This document shows positions 48,178-58,117 of a stretch of DNA of 64,000 nt, in pieces; positions within the stretch are counted from its first letter, which is position 1; every line of letters starts with the position of its first letter. The notes beneath the pieces are model-generated. The model saw only the letters and a program-made list of their open reading frames with translations, was not told the DNA's origin and ran no database searches. The stretch lies in the NCBI GenBank assembly GCA_040772485.1, contig JAXGYC010000007.1, forward strand, positions 1,088,001-1,152,000. The letters are read 5' to 3'. Origin of the DNA: Sedimentisphaerales bacterium (GTDB lineage: Bacteria; Planctomycetota; Phycisphaerae; Sedimentisphaerales; Anaerobacaceae). The position numbers and the translations under genes were made by a program.

Positions 48178-50625
48178 ATGGTCGAAATGTCACATCGAAT
48201 GAGAAGAAACACCGGCCTGTGCACATCCGTCATCATACTCGGACTTTCCGCGATGTCGTACGCCGCGAGCCAGGACCCGGCGGCGCTCCAACGGGACTAC
48301 AACGTCAAGCCCGTCCCATTCCATCACGTCCACATCGACGACGGTTTCTGGACGCCTCGCCTGGAGACCAGTCGTACGGTGACAATCCCCTATGCGTTTG
48401 GGAAGTGCGAGGAAACCGGCCGCATTCGCAACTTCGAGAAAGCCGCCGGCCTGCGGGAGGGCAAACACGAAGGAATCTACTTCGACGACTCCGATGTCTA
48501 CAAGGTCATGGAGGGAGCGGCCTATTCGCTCCAGGTCAGCCCCGACACCATGATGAGACTCTACCTCGACAAGCTGATTGCCGTCATGGCCAAAGCCCAG
48601 TGGGAAGACGGCTATCTGTATACCTTCTACTCCATCCCCGACAGACAGCCCGAGAAGAGATGGACCAATATCCAGTCGATGCACGAGCAGTATTGCGCCG
48701 GACACATGTACGAAGCCGCGGTTGCCCACTATCAAGTCACCGGCGATGCGTCCTTCCTGAAGATCGCCACCGATAATGCAGACCTGATCTGTGACATCTT
48801 TGCGCCGGACAAGCGCACCGATCCATCGGGACATGAAGAGATCGAGATCGCGCTGTGCCGACTCTATCGCGCCACCGGCAACGAGAAGTACCTCGATCAG
48901 GCCAAGTTCTTCCTCGATCAGCGCGGTCGCACCGGTCGGCGCGGACCCGACGGCAACGGGGCGCTCTACGGCGAGTACGCACAGGACCACAAACCGGTGA
49001 TCGAGCAAACGAAGGCCGTGGGACACTCGGTCCGCGCCGCCTACCTGTACACAGGCATGGCTGACGTCGCCGCCCTGACGGGCAACCGGGAATACATCCG
49101 GGCCATCGACGCGATCTGGAACGACGCCGTGGGGACCAAACTCTATGTCACCGGCGGCATCGGGGCCAGCGGAGGCAACGAGGGTTTCAGCGAGCCGTAC
49201 GAGCTGCCCAACCGGACCGCCTATTGCGAAACATGCGCCTCGATCGCCAACGTCTACTGGAACCACCGCATGTTCCTCATGCACGACGACGCAAAATACA
49301 TCGACGTCCTCGAACGGACGCTGTACAACGCCGCGTTGTCCGGCATCTCCATGCCGGGCGATCGCTTCTTCTATCCGAACGTGCTGGAATCCGCGGCCGG
49401 AGACGAACGCAGTCCCTGGTTCGCCTGCGCCTGCTGCCCGTCGAACGTGGCGCGGTTCATCCCGTCGGTTCCCGGATATGTCTACGCGCACAAGAACCGC
49501 GATGTCTACGTGAATCTGTTCGCCGGTGGAAGCACCACGATTCAGACCGCCGACAATGCGGTGACCCTCACGCAGGAGACGGAGTATCCGTGGGAGGGAA
49601 AGGTCACGATCCGCGTCGAGCCGCAGGAGAGCGAGGCATTCTCCATCTGTGTCCGCATTCCGGGCTGGGCCCGCAACGAGGCGGTCCCGAGCGACCTGTA
49701 CCGGTTCGTGGAATCCGTGAAGGACGAACCGAGGCTGGAGGTGAACGGCAAACGCGTTTCGCCGCCGGTCGTCCGAGGGTACGCCCGTATCGAACGCCGC
49801 TGGGAAAAGGGCGATACGATCGAGTTGCGTCTGCCCATGCCGGTCCGCCGGATCGTCGCCCACGAGGCCGTTAAGGCCGACCGGGGCAAGGTGGCCCTTC
49901 AGCGAGGCCCGCTGGTCTACTGCCTCGAAGGACACGACAACGAAACTGCGGTGCTCAGTCTGGTGATCTCGGACGATGCCAAACTCAAGACCAGGCATCG
50001 CCGCGATCTCCTGGGCGGCGTCACGGTGGTCACCGGCAAAGCCCGGACCGCCAAACGCACGCTCGAAGGAGACGTCGTCCCGACACGAGAGCAGCCCTTC
50101 ACTGCGATTCCTTACTACGCCTGGGCGCATCGGGGACGCAGCCCGATGACCGTCTGGCCGGCCCGCATGCCGGAAGCCGCCTATCCGGAGCCGGCTGACA
50201 CGCTGGCCTACACCAGCAGGACAACCGCCTCGTTCGTTCATAAATCGCTCGACGCGATCAAAGACCAGATCGTGCCGGCCAACTCCGCCGACGCCTCGGC
50301 CGGGCAACTGGACTTCTGGCCGCACAAGAACACCACCGAGTGGCTCCGGTTCGAGTGGGACCGCAAGGAGAGAATCTCCCGCGTCCAGGTCTACTGGTTC
50401 GACGACAGCGATCACGGCGGCTGCCGCGTGCCACAATCCTGGCGCGTGCTCTATCGCGATGCCTCTGGCGCCTTCCAGCCTGTCAGCACAGCCGATTCCT
50501 ATGGCACCCAGAAGGACGCGTTCAACACGGTGACGTTCGAAGCTGTCGAGACGGATGCGATCACGATCGAGATCGTGCTCGACGAGAACTGGTCGGCCGG
50601 CGTGCAGGAGGTGGTGATCGAGTAG
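48178..50625 (+). CDS. Secreted GH127 family (beta-L-arabinofuranosidase-like) glycoside hydrolase
   Basis: FDDSDVYK, HEQYCAGH, GHSVRAAY, YCETCAS, CACCPSN, C-terminal beta-sandwich. The start is uncertain (48178-48199). Confidence 0.92.
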   Translation: MVEMSHRMRRNTGLCTSVIILGLSAMSYAASQDPAALQRDYNVKPVPFHHVHIDDGFWTPRLETSRTVTIPYAFGKCEETGRIRNFEKAAGLREGKHEGIYFDDSDVYKVMEGAAYSLQVSPDTMMRLYLDKLIAVMAKAQWEDGYLYTFYSIPDRQPEKRWTNIQSMHEQYCAGHMYEAAVAHYQVTGDASFLKIATDNADLICDIFAPDKRTDPSGHEEIEIALCRLYRATGNEKYLDQAKFFLDQRGRTGRRGPDGNGALYGEYAQDHKPVIEQTKAVGHSVRAAYLYTGMADVAALTGNREYIRAIDAIWNDAVGTKLYVTGGIGASGGNEGFSEPYELPNRTAYCETCASIANVYWNHRMFLMHDDAKYIDVLERTLYNAALSGISMPGDRFFYPNVLESAAGDERSPWFACACCPSNVARFIPSVPGYVYAHKNRDVYVNLFAGGSTTIQTADNAVTLTQETEYPWEGKVTIRVEPQESEAFSICVRIPGWARNEAVPSDLYRFVESVKDEPRLEVNGKRVSPPVVRGYARIERRWEKGDTIELRLPMPVRRIVAHEAVKADRGKVALQRGPLVYCLEGHDNETAVLSLVISDDAKLKTRHRRDLLGGVTVVTGKARTAKRTLEGDVVPTREQPFTAIPYYAWAHRGRSPMTVWPARMPEAAYPEPADTLAYTSRTTASFVHKSLDAIKDQIVPANSADASAGQLDFWPHKNTTEWLRFEWDRKERISRVQVYWFDDSDHGGCRVPQSWRVLYRDASGAFQPVSTADSYGTQKDAFNTVTFEAVETDAITIEIVLDENWSAGVQEVVIE

Positions 50626-50643
50626 CCCGTTCTCGATCCGGCC

Positions 50644-51162
50644 TCAGAACCGGTTGCAATGCACCTTCGAGGTCTTCAGTTCATCGGCCGGCAACGGTGT
50701 TCTCCGCTCGGCCGCATAGCCGACCGCCACGATGGACTCGACCTTAATGTGCTCGGGAATGCCCAGGAGGTCCTGAATATACCGCTCGGAGCTGACCTGG
50801 TTGTCGTGCATTCGTTGTCGCACCTGAATCCAGCAACTGCCCAGTCCCAATGACTGCGCCGCCATCTGCACGAGGATCGAGGCGATCGAACAGTCTTCGA
50901 TCCAGACGTCGCTCTGCGTACTGTCGCCGCAGATGACGATTCCCAGCGCCGCCCCCTTGAGAAAGCCAGCCCCGTGGGGCTTGCACGTCGCCAGCTTCGC
51001 CAGCAGCTCGCGGTCATCGACGAAGATGAACTCCCACGGATCGATGTTCCGCGAGGACGGCGCTCGGAGCGCCGCCTCCCTGAGCCGCTCGATCTTCTCA
51101 GGCTCGATCGGGCGGTCGAGGTACTGGCGGACGCTCCGCCGATTTCTGAGCAGTCCGATCAT
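50644..51162 (-). CDS. Nitroreductase family protein
   Basis: RRSVRQY, APSSRNIDPWEFI, AQSLGLGSCW. Confidence 0.93.
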   Translation of the reverse strand: MIGLLRNRRSVRQYLDRPIEPEKIERLREAALRAPSSRNIDPWEFIFVDDRELLAKLATCKPHGAGFLKGAALGIVICGDSTQSDVWIEDCSIASILVQMAAQSLGLGSCWIQVRQRMHDNQVSSERYIQDLLGIPEHIKVESIVAVGYAAERRTPLPADELKTSKVHCNRF

Positions 51163-51191
51163 ATCGGTCTCGAGCCGATGTCACCAGGCTC

Positions 51192-52487
<1,296 letters not shown>

Positions 52488-52737
52488 CCACACCTCTTTT
52501 CAAGGAAGTTGCTGTACACCGCCTGCCGGCGTGACCATGAAGGAATCTCCCCTTCGGCATGGCACCACGGCAAACATCCGTCCCGTCCCCCAGGCGGCCG
52601 GGGCCGGGTCCGACGCGGAGAATTCTACGCGATTCGATGGTTGTCTGCAACAGGCCCCCTGCGGCAACCCAGCGGGGGCGACTCCGGACGTCTTCCGGGC
52701 AACGGCAGGTGTCTGCAGAAGATTTTCGTTTTTCCTG

Positions 52738-52782
52738 TTGACAAGTCTTACATTTGTACGATAATTGAATCTGACATCTGTA
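52738..52782 (+). promoter_or_regulatory. sigma70 promoter with two BlaI/CopY-type operator boxes
   Basis: TTGACA (52738)-N16-GATAAT. TACA-tt-TGTA at 52749-52758 lies in the spacer and GACA-tc-TGTA at 52773-52782. Confidence 0.8.
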
Positions 52783-52795
52783 AGAGGAGATGGAT

Positions 52796-53170
52796 ATGAG
52801 CAAGGAGCAAATGCGTGCGATGAGCCCGGCGGAAACCGAGATCCTGCGGCTGGTCTGGCAGCTTGAGGAGGCCACCGTCCAGGGCATTTGCGAGGCCCTC
52901 CCGCCCGAGCGGAAGATCGCGTACAAGACCGTGCAGACCCTGCTGCGCCGCCTGGAACAAAAAGGCTACCTCCAGCACAAGAGCGAAGGCAAGGCCCATG
53001 TCTTCGTCCCGGCGGTCCGGCGGGAGCAGGTCGTCCGGCGGACCGTGCTCGACTTCGTCGACCGGCTCTTCGGAGGCGATCCCAGGCCGCTGATGCAATT
53101 CCTGGCCAAGGACGGCCATCTCGAAGCCAAAGACCTCGACGAATTGAAGAAGCTCATCGACAACCCGTAG
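52796..53170 (+). CDS. BlaI/MecI/CopY family transcriptional repressor
   Basis: SPAETEILRLVW, AYKTVQTLLRRLEQKGYL, FVDRLFGG. SD GAGGAG favours ATG 52796. Confidence 0.95.
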   Translation: MSKEQMRAMSPAETEILRLVWQLEEATVQGICEALPPERKIAYKTVQTLLRRLEQKGYLQHKSEGKAHVFVPAVRREQVVRRTVLDFVDRLFGGDPRPLMQFLAKDGHLEAKDLDELKKLIDNP

Positions 53171-53197
53171 AACCTCGTTCCCTGCGGAGATACGACG

Positions 53198-56100
53198 ATG
53201 AATCTCTATCTGATCGAACTGGTGCGCTATCTGGTCGCTCAGAGCTGGCAGATCGCCGTGCTGACCCTTATGGTGGCCGGCGTCACGTGGGCCCTGCGAC
53301 ACAAGACCGCCCACATTCGCTACTTGCTCTGGCTGATCGTCCTGGCCAAGTGTCTCGTCCCGCCGTTCTTCGCAGTGCCGCTGAGGGTTTTGCCCGAGAA
53401 GACGGCCTCGCGCGCTATCACGGAAACCCCGGCGGCTGAGCCTGCGCCGATCCAAGCAGAAAGCACTCCAACCGCATCGATTCCGCCTTCACGGCCACCT
53501 GCCGTCGTGGAACCGGGCCGGGTCGAGCAGGTGAAACCGCCACGCGTGGACAACCGCCCGAGCCGGCCGTTGGACCTGCGGCTCCATGCCGGGATCGCCT
53601 GGATTGCGGGTGCAGGTCTGTATCTGGCGATGAACCTGCTGAGGGCCTTGCGGGGCCGTCACTGGCTCCATGCGAGGCGCCAGCCCCTGCCCGATGCGAT
53701 ACGGAAGGAGACGGAGGCTCTGCTCTCGACTTCCGACGGAAGGCCCGTGCCTCCCATCTGGGTCCTCGACGAGATCGGCCAGCCCTTTGTCTGGGGCCTT
53801 CTGCGAGGCAGCATCTATGTGCCTTCCCGGTTTCTGGAACTCGGCGATCCCGAGCATCGGCGGCACGTGCTGGCCCATGAACTGAGCCATGTTCTTCGTT
53901 GCGATGCGGCGGTTAACGCGCTACAGACCCTCGCCCAGGGGCTGTTCTGGTTCCATCCATTCGTGTGGTGGGCCAACCGCGAGACCCGACGAGAGCGAGA
54001 GAAATGCTGTGATGAGATGGCGGTCGCCCAGTTGGGCGCCGAAGCGAGAGCGTATTGCCATGCGGTGGTGGAGACTTTGGCGAGTGCGGAGACGTCGGCC
54101 CAGCCCGTTCCCTCGTTGGCCGTCGCCGGTCCCGTGAAGAACCTTGAGGAAAGGATCAAGACCATGTTGACACCAGGAAAGAAATTCTACAAACGTCCGA
54201 GTCTGATCAGCGCAAGCATCGTCTTTCTGGCGGCCCTTGTGACGGTCCCCACCGCCCTCGTCCTGACTGCGCGAGCCCAGACAGAACCGCCGAAAGTGGA
54301 AACCAACTCGCCCTGGACGCTGCACCAGGCCGCGGCTGCCGGAGACGTGGAGCAAGTCAAGAAGCTCCTCGCCCAGGGGGCGGATGTCAACGAGAAGGAG
54401 GAGGATGGCTCGACGCCTTTGCACAAGGCGACCGGCAATGGGTGGAAAGACGTGGCCCGACTGCTCTTGGAGAAAGGCGCCAATGTGGAGGCCACAGACG
54501 CATCCCGCCAGACTCCTCTGCATCGGGCCTCAGGGTGGGGTTCGCGGCACATGTGCGCCTTGCTCCTCGACAAAGGAGCCAGCGTCAAAGCCACAGATAG
54601 CCAGGGGAACACGGTCCTGCATGCTGCACTGGGTCGGCAGGAAGTTAACAGAAGCTTCTTCGAATTCCTTCTGGCCCAAGGGGCGGACGTAAACGCCAGG
54701 AACGAGCAAGGCGAAACACCGCTTCACCTCGCCTGCAGGACCAGAAGACCTGCCACTTATACCCAACAGCGAGAGGAAGCAGCCGACGTCCTCCTGGCGC
54801 ATGGCGCTGAAGTCAATGCGACGGACAAGAGCGGGCGTACCCCTCTCCATGTCGCTGTCGAAAACGGCCAGGACAAGGTGGTTGGGCTCCTACTGGCCAA
54901 AGGCGCTGCCGTCGACACAAAGAACGCAGCGGGTGCGACGGCTCTTCACGTAGCGGCAACGAATAGGCACTCGTCGGACATCGTCGAGTTGCTTGTGAAC
55001 CGTGGGGCCGACGTCAATAGCGTCGATCCCGACGGGATGACACCGCTGCACCTTGCGGCGCGACGCCACGACAATGAGACAACAGTGGACCGCCTGCTGG
55101 TCGCCAAAGGCGCCGACGTCAATGCCAGAGCCGCTCATGGTCAGACACCCGCACACTTGGCCGCCATGACGAATCGCAGAGACACCGTTACGTTTCTCCT
55201 TTCAAAAGGGGCCGACATCTCCTCGATCCAACTGGCCGCGTACCTGGGAGACCTGGCGCGAGTAAAGGGCTTTCTCGAGAGTGGGGTCGGTGTCAATGCG
55301 CAGGATGCATACTCGGTGACACCGCTGCATGCCGCAGCACAGAATGGCCAGAAGGAGGTCGCCGAGTTTCTTCTCAGCAAAGGCGCCTCGGTCAACTTGG
55401 CCAGCGCAAACTCCATCATCCCGAACGGGACGACACCCCTGCACGGCGCCGCCCTCGTAGGTTCCAGGGAAGTGGTGGAACTGCTCATCGGAAACGACGC
55501 GGAGATCGACGCAAAGGACAAGAGGGGAATAACACCACTGTACTATGCGGCGCGATGGCAAACCGATACAGCCCGACTACTGATTGCCCATGGAGCTGAT
55601 GTAAACGCCATGTCTCAGGCTGACGGGACACCTTTGCATTCAGCCGCTGGTTATGGCAACAAAGACTCGGTGCTACTCCTTCTCGATCACGGCGCCGACA
55701 TCAACGCACAGAATGCGCGTGGGATGATGCCTTCAGAGTTGGCGGCCCAGCAAGGTCACGAGGACGTGGTCCGGCTTCTGATCGACAAAGGCGCTGACCT
55801 CTCCAACCGTGACGTTCTTCTGCTTTGCGCCTGCACGCACCAGCAGAAAGACCTGGTGGAGTTGCTCATTCGGAAAGGGGCCGATGTCAACTCCAAAGCT
55901 TGGGAGCATGCGCCCGCACTGCAGACCATCTGGTTCGGATACAAGACGCCGGATATTCCCAAACTGATCGGTATTCTCAGACTCCTGCTGGATAACGGCG
56001 CCAATCCCAACGCCAACGATTCAGATTGGTACCTTCTGCACTACGCGGCACGAGATGCGGAGGTGACCCGAGTCCTTCTCGACAAAGGTGCCAATCCCAA

Positions 56101-56302
56101 TGTCATCGACAAGACACACGGGCAATCCCCTCTGCACGTGTCCGCGACGAAGGGCTGCAAACCGGCGGTGGAATTGCTCGTCGCCCACGGGGCGGATTCG
56201 AACCTCAAGAACTACGATGGACAGACCCCGCTGGCACTGGCGCGAGAGAATGGACACAAAGAAATAGTGGAATTCCTGCAGCAGCACGGGGCGAAGGAAT
56301 AG
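53198..56302 (+). CDS. BlaR1-like M56 metallopeptidase with ~20 ankyrin repeats
   Basis: RYLLWLIVL, PFVWGLLR, AHELSH, WFHPFVWW, REKCCDE, LEERIKTML, then TPLH/GADVN repeats. Confidence 0.93.
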   Translation: MNLYLIELVRYLVAQSWQIAVLTLMVAGVTWALRHKTAHIRYLLWLIVLAKCLVPPFFAVPLRVLPEKTASRAITETPAAEPAPIQAESTPTASIPPSRPPAVVEPGRVEQVKPPRVDNRPSRPLDLRLHAGIAWIAGAGLYLAMNLLRALRGRHWLHARRQPLPDAIRKETEALLSTSDGRPVPPIWVLDEIGQPFVWGLLRGSIYVPSRFLELGDPEHRRHVLAHELSHVLRCDAAVNALQTLAQGLFWFHPFVWWANRETRREREKCCDEMAVAQLGAEARAYCHAVVETLASAETSAQPVPSLAVAGPVKNLEERIKTMLTPGKKFYKRPSLISASIVFLAALVTVPTALVLTARAQTEPPKVETNSPWTLHQAAAAGDVEQVKKLLAQGADVNEKEEDGSTPLHKATGNGWKDVARLLLEKGANVEATDASRQTPLHRASGWGSRHMCALLLDKGASVKATDSQGNTVLHAALGRQEVNRSFFEFLLAQGADVNARNEQGETPLHLACRTRRPATYTQQREEAADVLLAHGAEVNATDKSGRTPLHVAVENGQDKVVGLLLAKGAAVDTKNAAGATALHVAATNRHSSDIVELLVNRGADVNSVDPDGMTPLHLAARRHDNETTVDRLLVAKGADVNARAAHGQTPAHLAAMTNRRDTVTFLLSKGADISSIQLAAYLGDLARVKGFLESGVGVNAQDAYSVTPLHAAAQNGQKEVAEFLLSKGASVNLASANSIIPNGTTPLHGAALVGSREVVELLIGNDAEIDAKDKRGITPLYYAARWQTDTARLLIAHGADVNAMSQADGTPLHSAAGYGNKDSVLLLLDHGADINAQNARGMMPSELAAQQGHEDVVRLLIDKGADLSNRDVLLLCACTHQQKDLVELLIRKGADVNSKAWEHAPALQTIWFGYKTPDIPKLIGILRLLLDNGANPNANDSDWYLLHYAARDAEVTRVLLDKGANPNVIDKTHGQSPLHVSATKGCKPAVELLVAHGADSNLKNYDGQTPLALARENGHKEIVEFLQQHGAKE

Positions 56303-56340
56303 CCGGACGCCGAAGGTCCGCACCGGGCCGAATTGAGTAA

Positions 56341-56376
56341 GAAGAAATCCGGCGAGGCCAACGGGGGCCTCGCCGG
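56341..56376. terminator. Hairpin terminator between convergent genes
   Basis: CCGGCGAGGCC/GGCCTCGCCGG perfect 11-bp stem with a T-rich tail on the minus strand. Confidence 0.7.
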
Positions 56377-56389
56377 CTTGTCTTGCGGA

Positions 56390-58057
56390 TCACATTCGTT
56401 TGTATCGGGGTCCGCCGCCGCCTTCGGGGGCGGTCCAGCGGATGTTGTCGAACGGGCACTTGCGCTGGCAGGTCTTGCAGTGCAGGCAGTTCGAAGGGTT
56501 GGCCGGCTTGACCTCCCCGTGAATGGTCTCGTAGACGCCCGCCGGACAGAACGTGATGCACGGACTGCCATAGACAGGCGTACACTTCGTCTCGCAGATC
56601 GTCTTGTCGAGGATCGTCAGGTGCGAGGGCTCCTCCTCGCGATGTGCGGTGGCCGCGACGGCCGTGAACGTGTCCTTGTCGAAGTTCTGGTTGGGCTTGA
56701 GACGATAGGGCGCCGTCGTCATCATCTCGTAGTCGGGCTCGACCTTGAACTTCGGCAGCCAGCCGCCCAGCACCGACAGCGGCATGCCCTGCAACGGCCC
56801 GAACTTGGCGATCGTGTGCCGCGAGTTCCGCGCGGTCTTCATCTCCTTGGCGATGTTCGAGCTCTCGACGTTGTCAGTGTACCGCCTGGCCGCCCCTTCC
56901 GGCTTGTCCATGCAGGTGACGATGGCCCTGGCGGCCTGGATGCCCGAATCGATGGCGTTGTGCAGGCCCTTGATCTTGAGCATGTTCACGAAACCGGCGC
57001 TGTCGCCCAGGATCATGACGTTGCCCTTGCCGATGCTGCCGGTGTGCGGATCGCGCGGGACCGCGTACCAGCCCCCTTCGGGGATCATCTTGGCGCCGGC
57101 CTCGACGACCGTGCCGCCCTCGATGAACGGCTTGATGTACCGGTGCTCCTTCAGACGGACCAGCGCATCCTGTGCGTTGAAATTGCGATACTTCCAGTCC
57201 AGTCCGACGATCATGCCGACCGCCAGATGGTCTTCGGCGCCGGCGTAGACGATCCCGCCGCCGAACATGCCGGGCCCGATGACCGGGGTCCAGATCGGAT
57301 AGCCCATCGCGTGCACGACCCGGCCGCGCGAGAAGTTCGCATATTGCTCCGGCGCGACCTTGATCAGCTCCTTGACGCCAAGCGAGTAGAGCTGATGCGA
57401 CTCGCGCTTCAGACCCGCCGCCTCGACGAACCGCTCAGTGACCAGGCCGTCGCAGCCCTCGGCCAGCACGACGAACGTCGCCTCGATGGTCTCGCCCTCG
57501 ACGTAGTTGGGCTGCTTGTGCCCTTCCTTGTTGACGCCCTGGTCGATGAGCTTGACGCCGGCGGCGGTTCCCGCGCCGTCCAGCACAACGTGGTCGGCGG
57601 CAAATCCCGTCAGCACCTCCACGCCCTTCTCGCGGGCAATATTGCCGAGCCATTTGGTGAGCTTGCTGATCGAGAGCGAGTAGTCACCGTGGTGGATCAT
57701 CTGTCCCCACCCGATGCCCATGGATCGGGCCATCTTGAGGGCCCAGAAGATGTTGAACGACATCTTCTTGCCGAGCAGGAACAGGATGTCGTCTTTGTCG
57801 ATCACGTTGGCCAAGACGTCCTTGGCCTCAGGGGTCTCGCGCCAGTCGGGCTTGGCCGCATCGAGCAGCGAATGCAGCGGCTCCTTCTCCAGCACAGCGC
57901 CCGAGAGATTGTGGTTTCCCAAATCGAGGGCCTTGTCGATGACGCACACGTCGATATCGGGCCGCAGGACACGCAGTTGGATCGCCGTCGCCAGACCGGC
58001 CGGGCCCGCGCCCACGACCAGAACCGAAACCTTGTTGTATTCGTTGTTGTTCGGCAC
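56390..58057 (-). CDS. ETF:quinone oxidoreductase (FixC-like FAD domain fused to FixX-like Fe-S domain)
   Basis: VVGAGPAGLA, HNLSGA, AKMIPEGGW, GDSAGFVN..KIKG.H.AI.SG, FCPAGVYE, NCLHCKTC, WTAPEGGGGP. GTG 58057 follows GAGG. Confidence 0.92.
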   Translation of the reverse strand: MPNNNEYNKVSVLVVGAGPAGLATAIQLRVLRPDIDVCVIDKALDLGNHNLSGAVLEKEPLHSLLDAAKPDWRETPEAKDVLANVIDKDDILFLLGKKMSFNIFWALKMARSMGIGWGQMIHHGDYSLSISKLTKWLGNIAREKGVEVLTGFAADHVVLDGAGTAAGVKLIDQGVNKEGHKQPNYVEGETIEATFVVLAEGCDGLVTERFVEAAGLKRESHQLYSLGVKELIKVAPEQYANFSRGRVVHAMGYPIWTPVIGPGMFGGGIVYAGAEDHLAVGMIVGLDWKYRNFNAQDALVRLKEHRYIKPFIEGGTVVEAGAKMIPEGGWYAVPRDPHTGSIGKGNVMILGDSAGFVNMLKIKGLHNAIDSGIQAARAIVTCMDKPEGAARRYTDNVESSNIAKEMKTARNSRHTIAKFGPLQGMPLSVLGGWLPKFKVEPDYEMMTTAPYRLKPNQNFDKDTFTAVAATAHREEEPSHLTILDKTICETKCTPVYGSPCITFCPAGVYETIHGEVKPANPSNCLHCKTCQRKCPFDNIRWTAPEGGGGPRYKRM

Positions 58058-58117
58058 TTTCCATTCCTCAATCAATCAGGGAACAAGTCCGAGGGGACCA
58101 TTAGGACCGATGGCATT

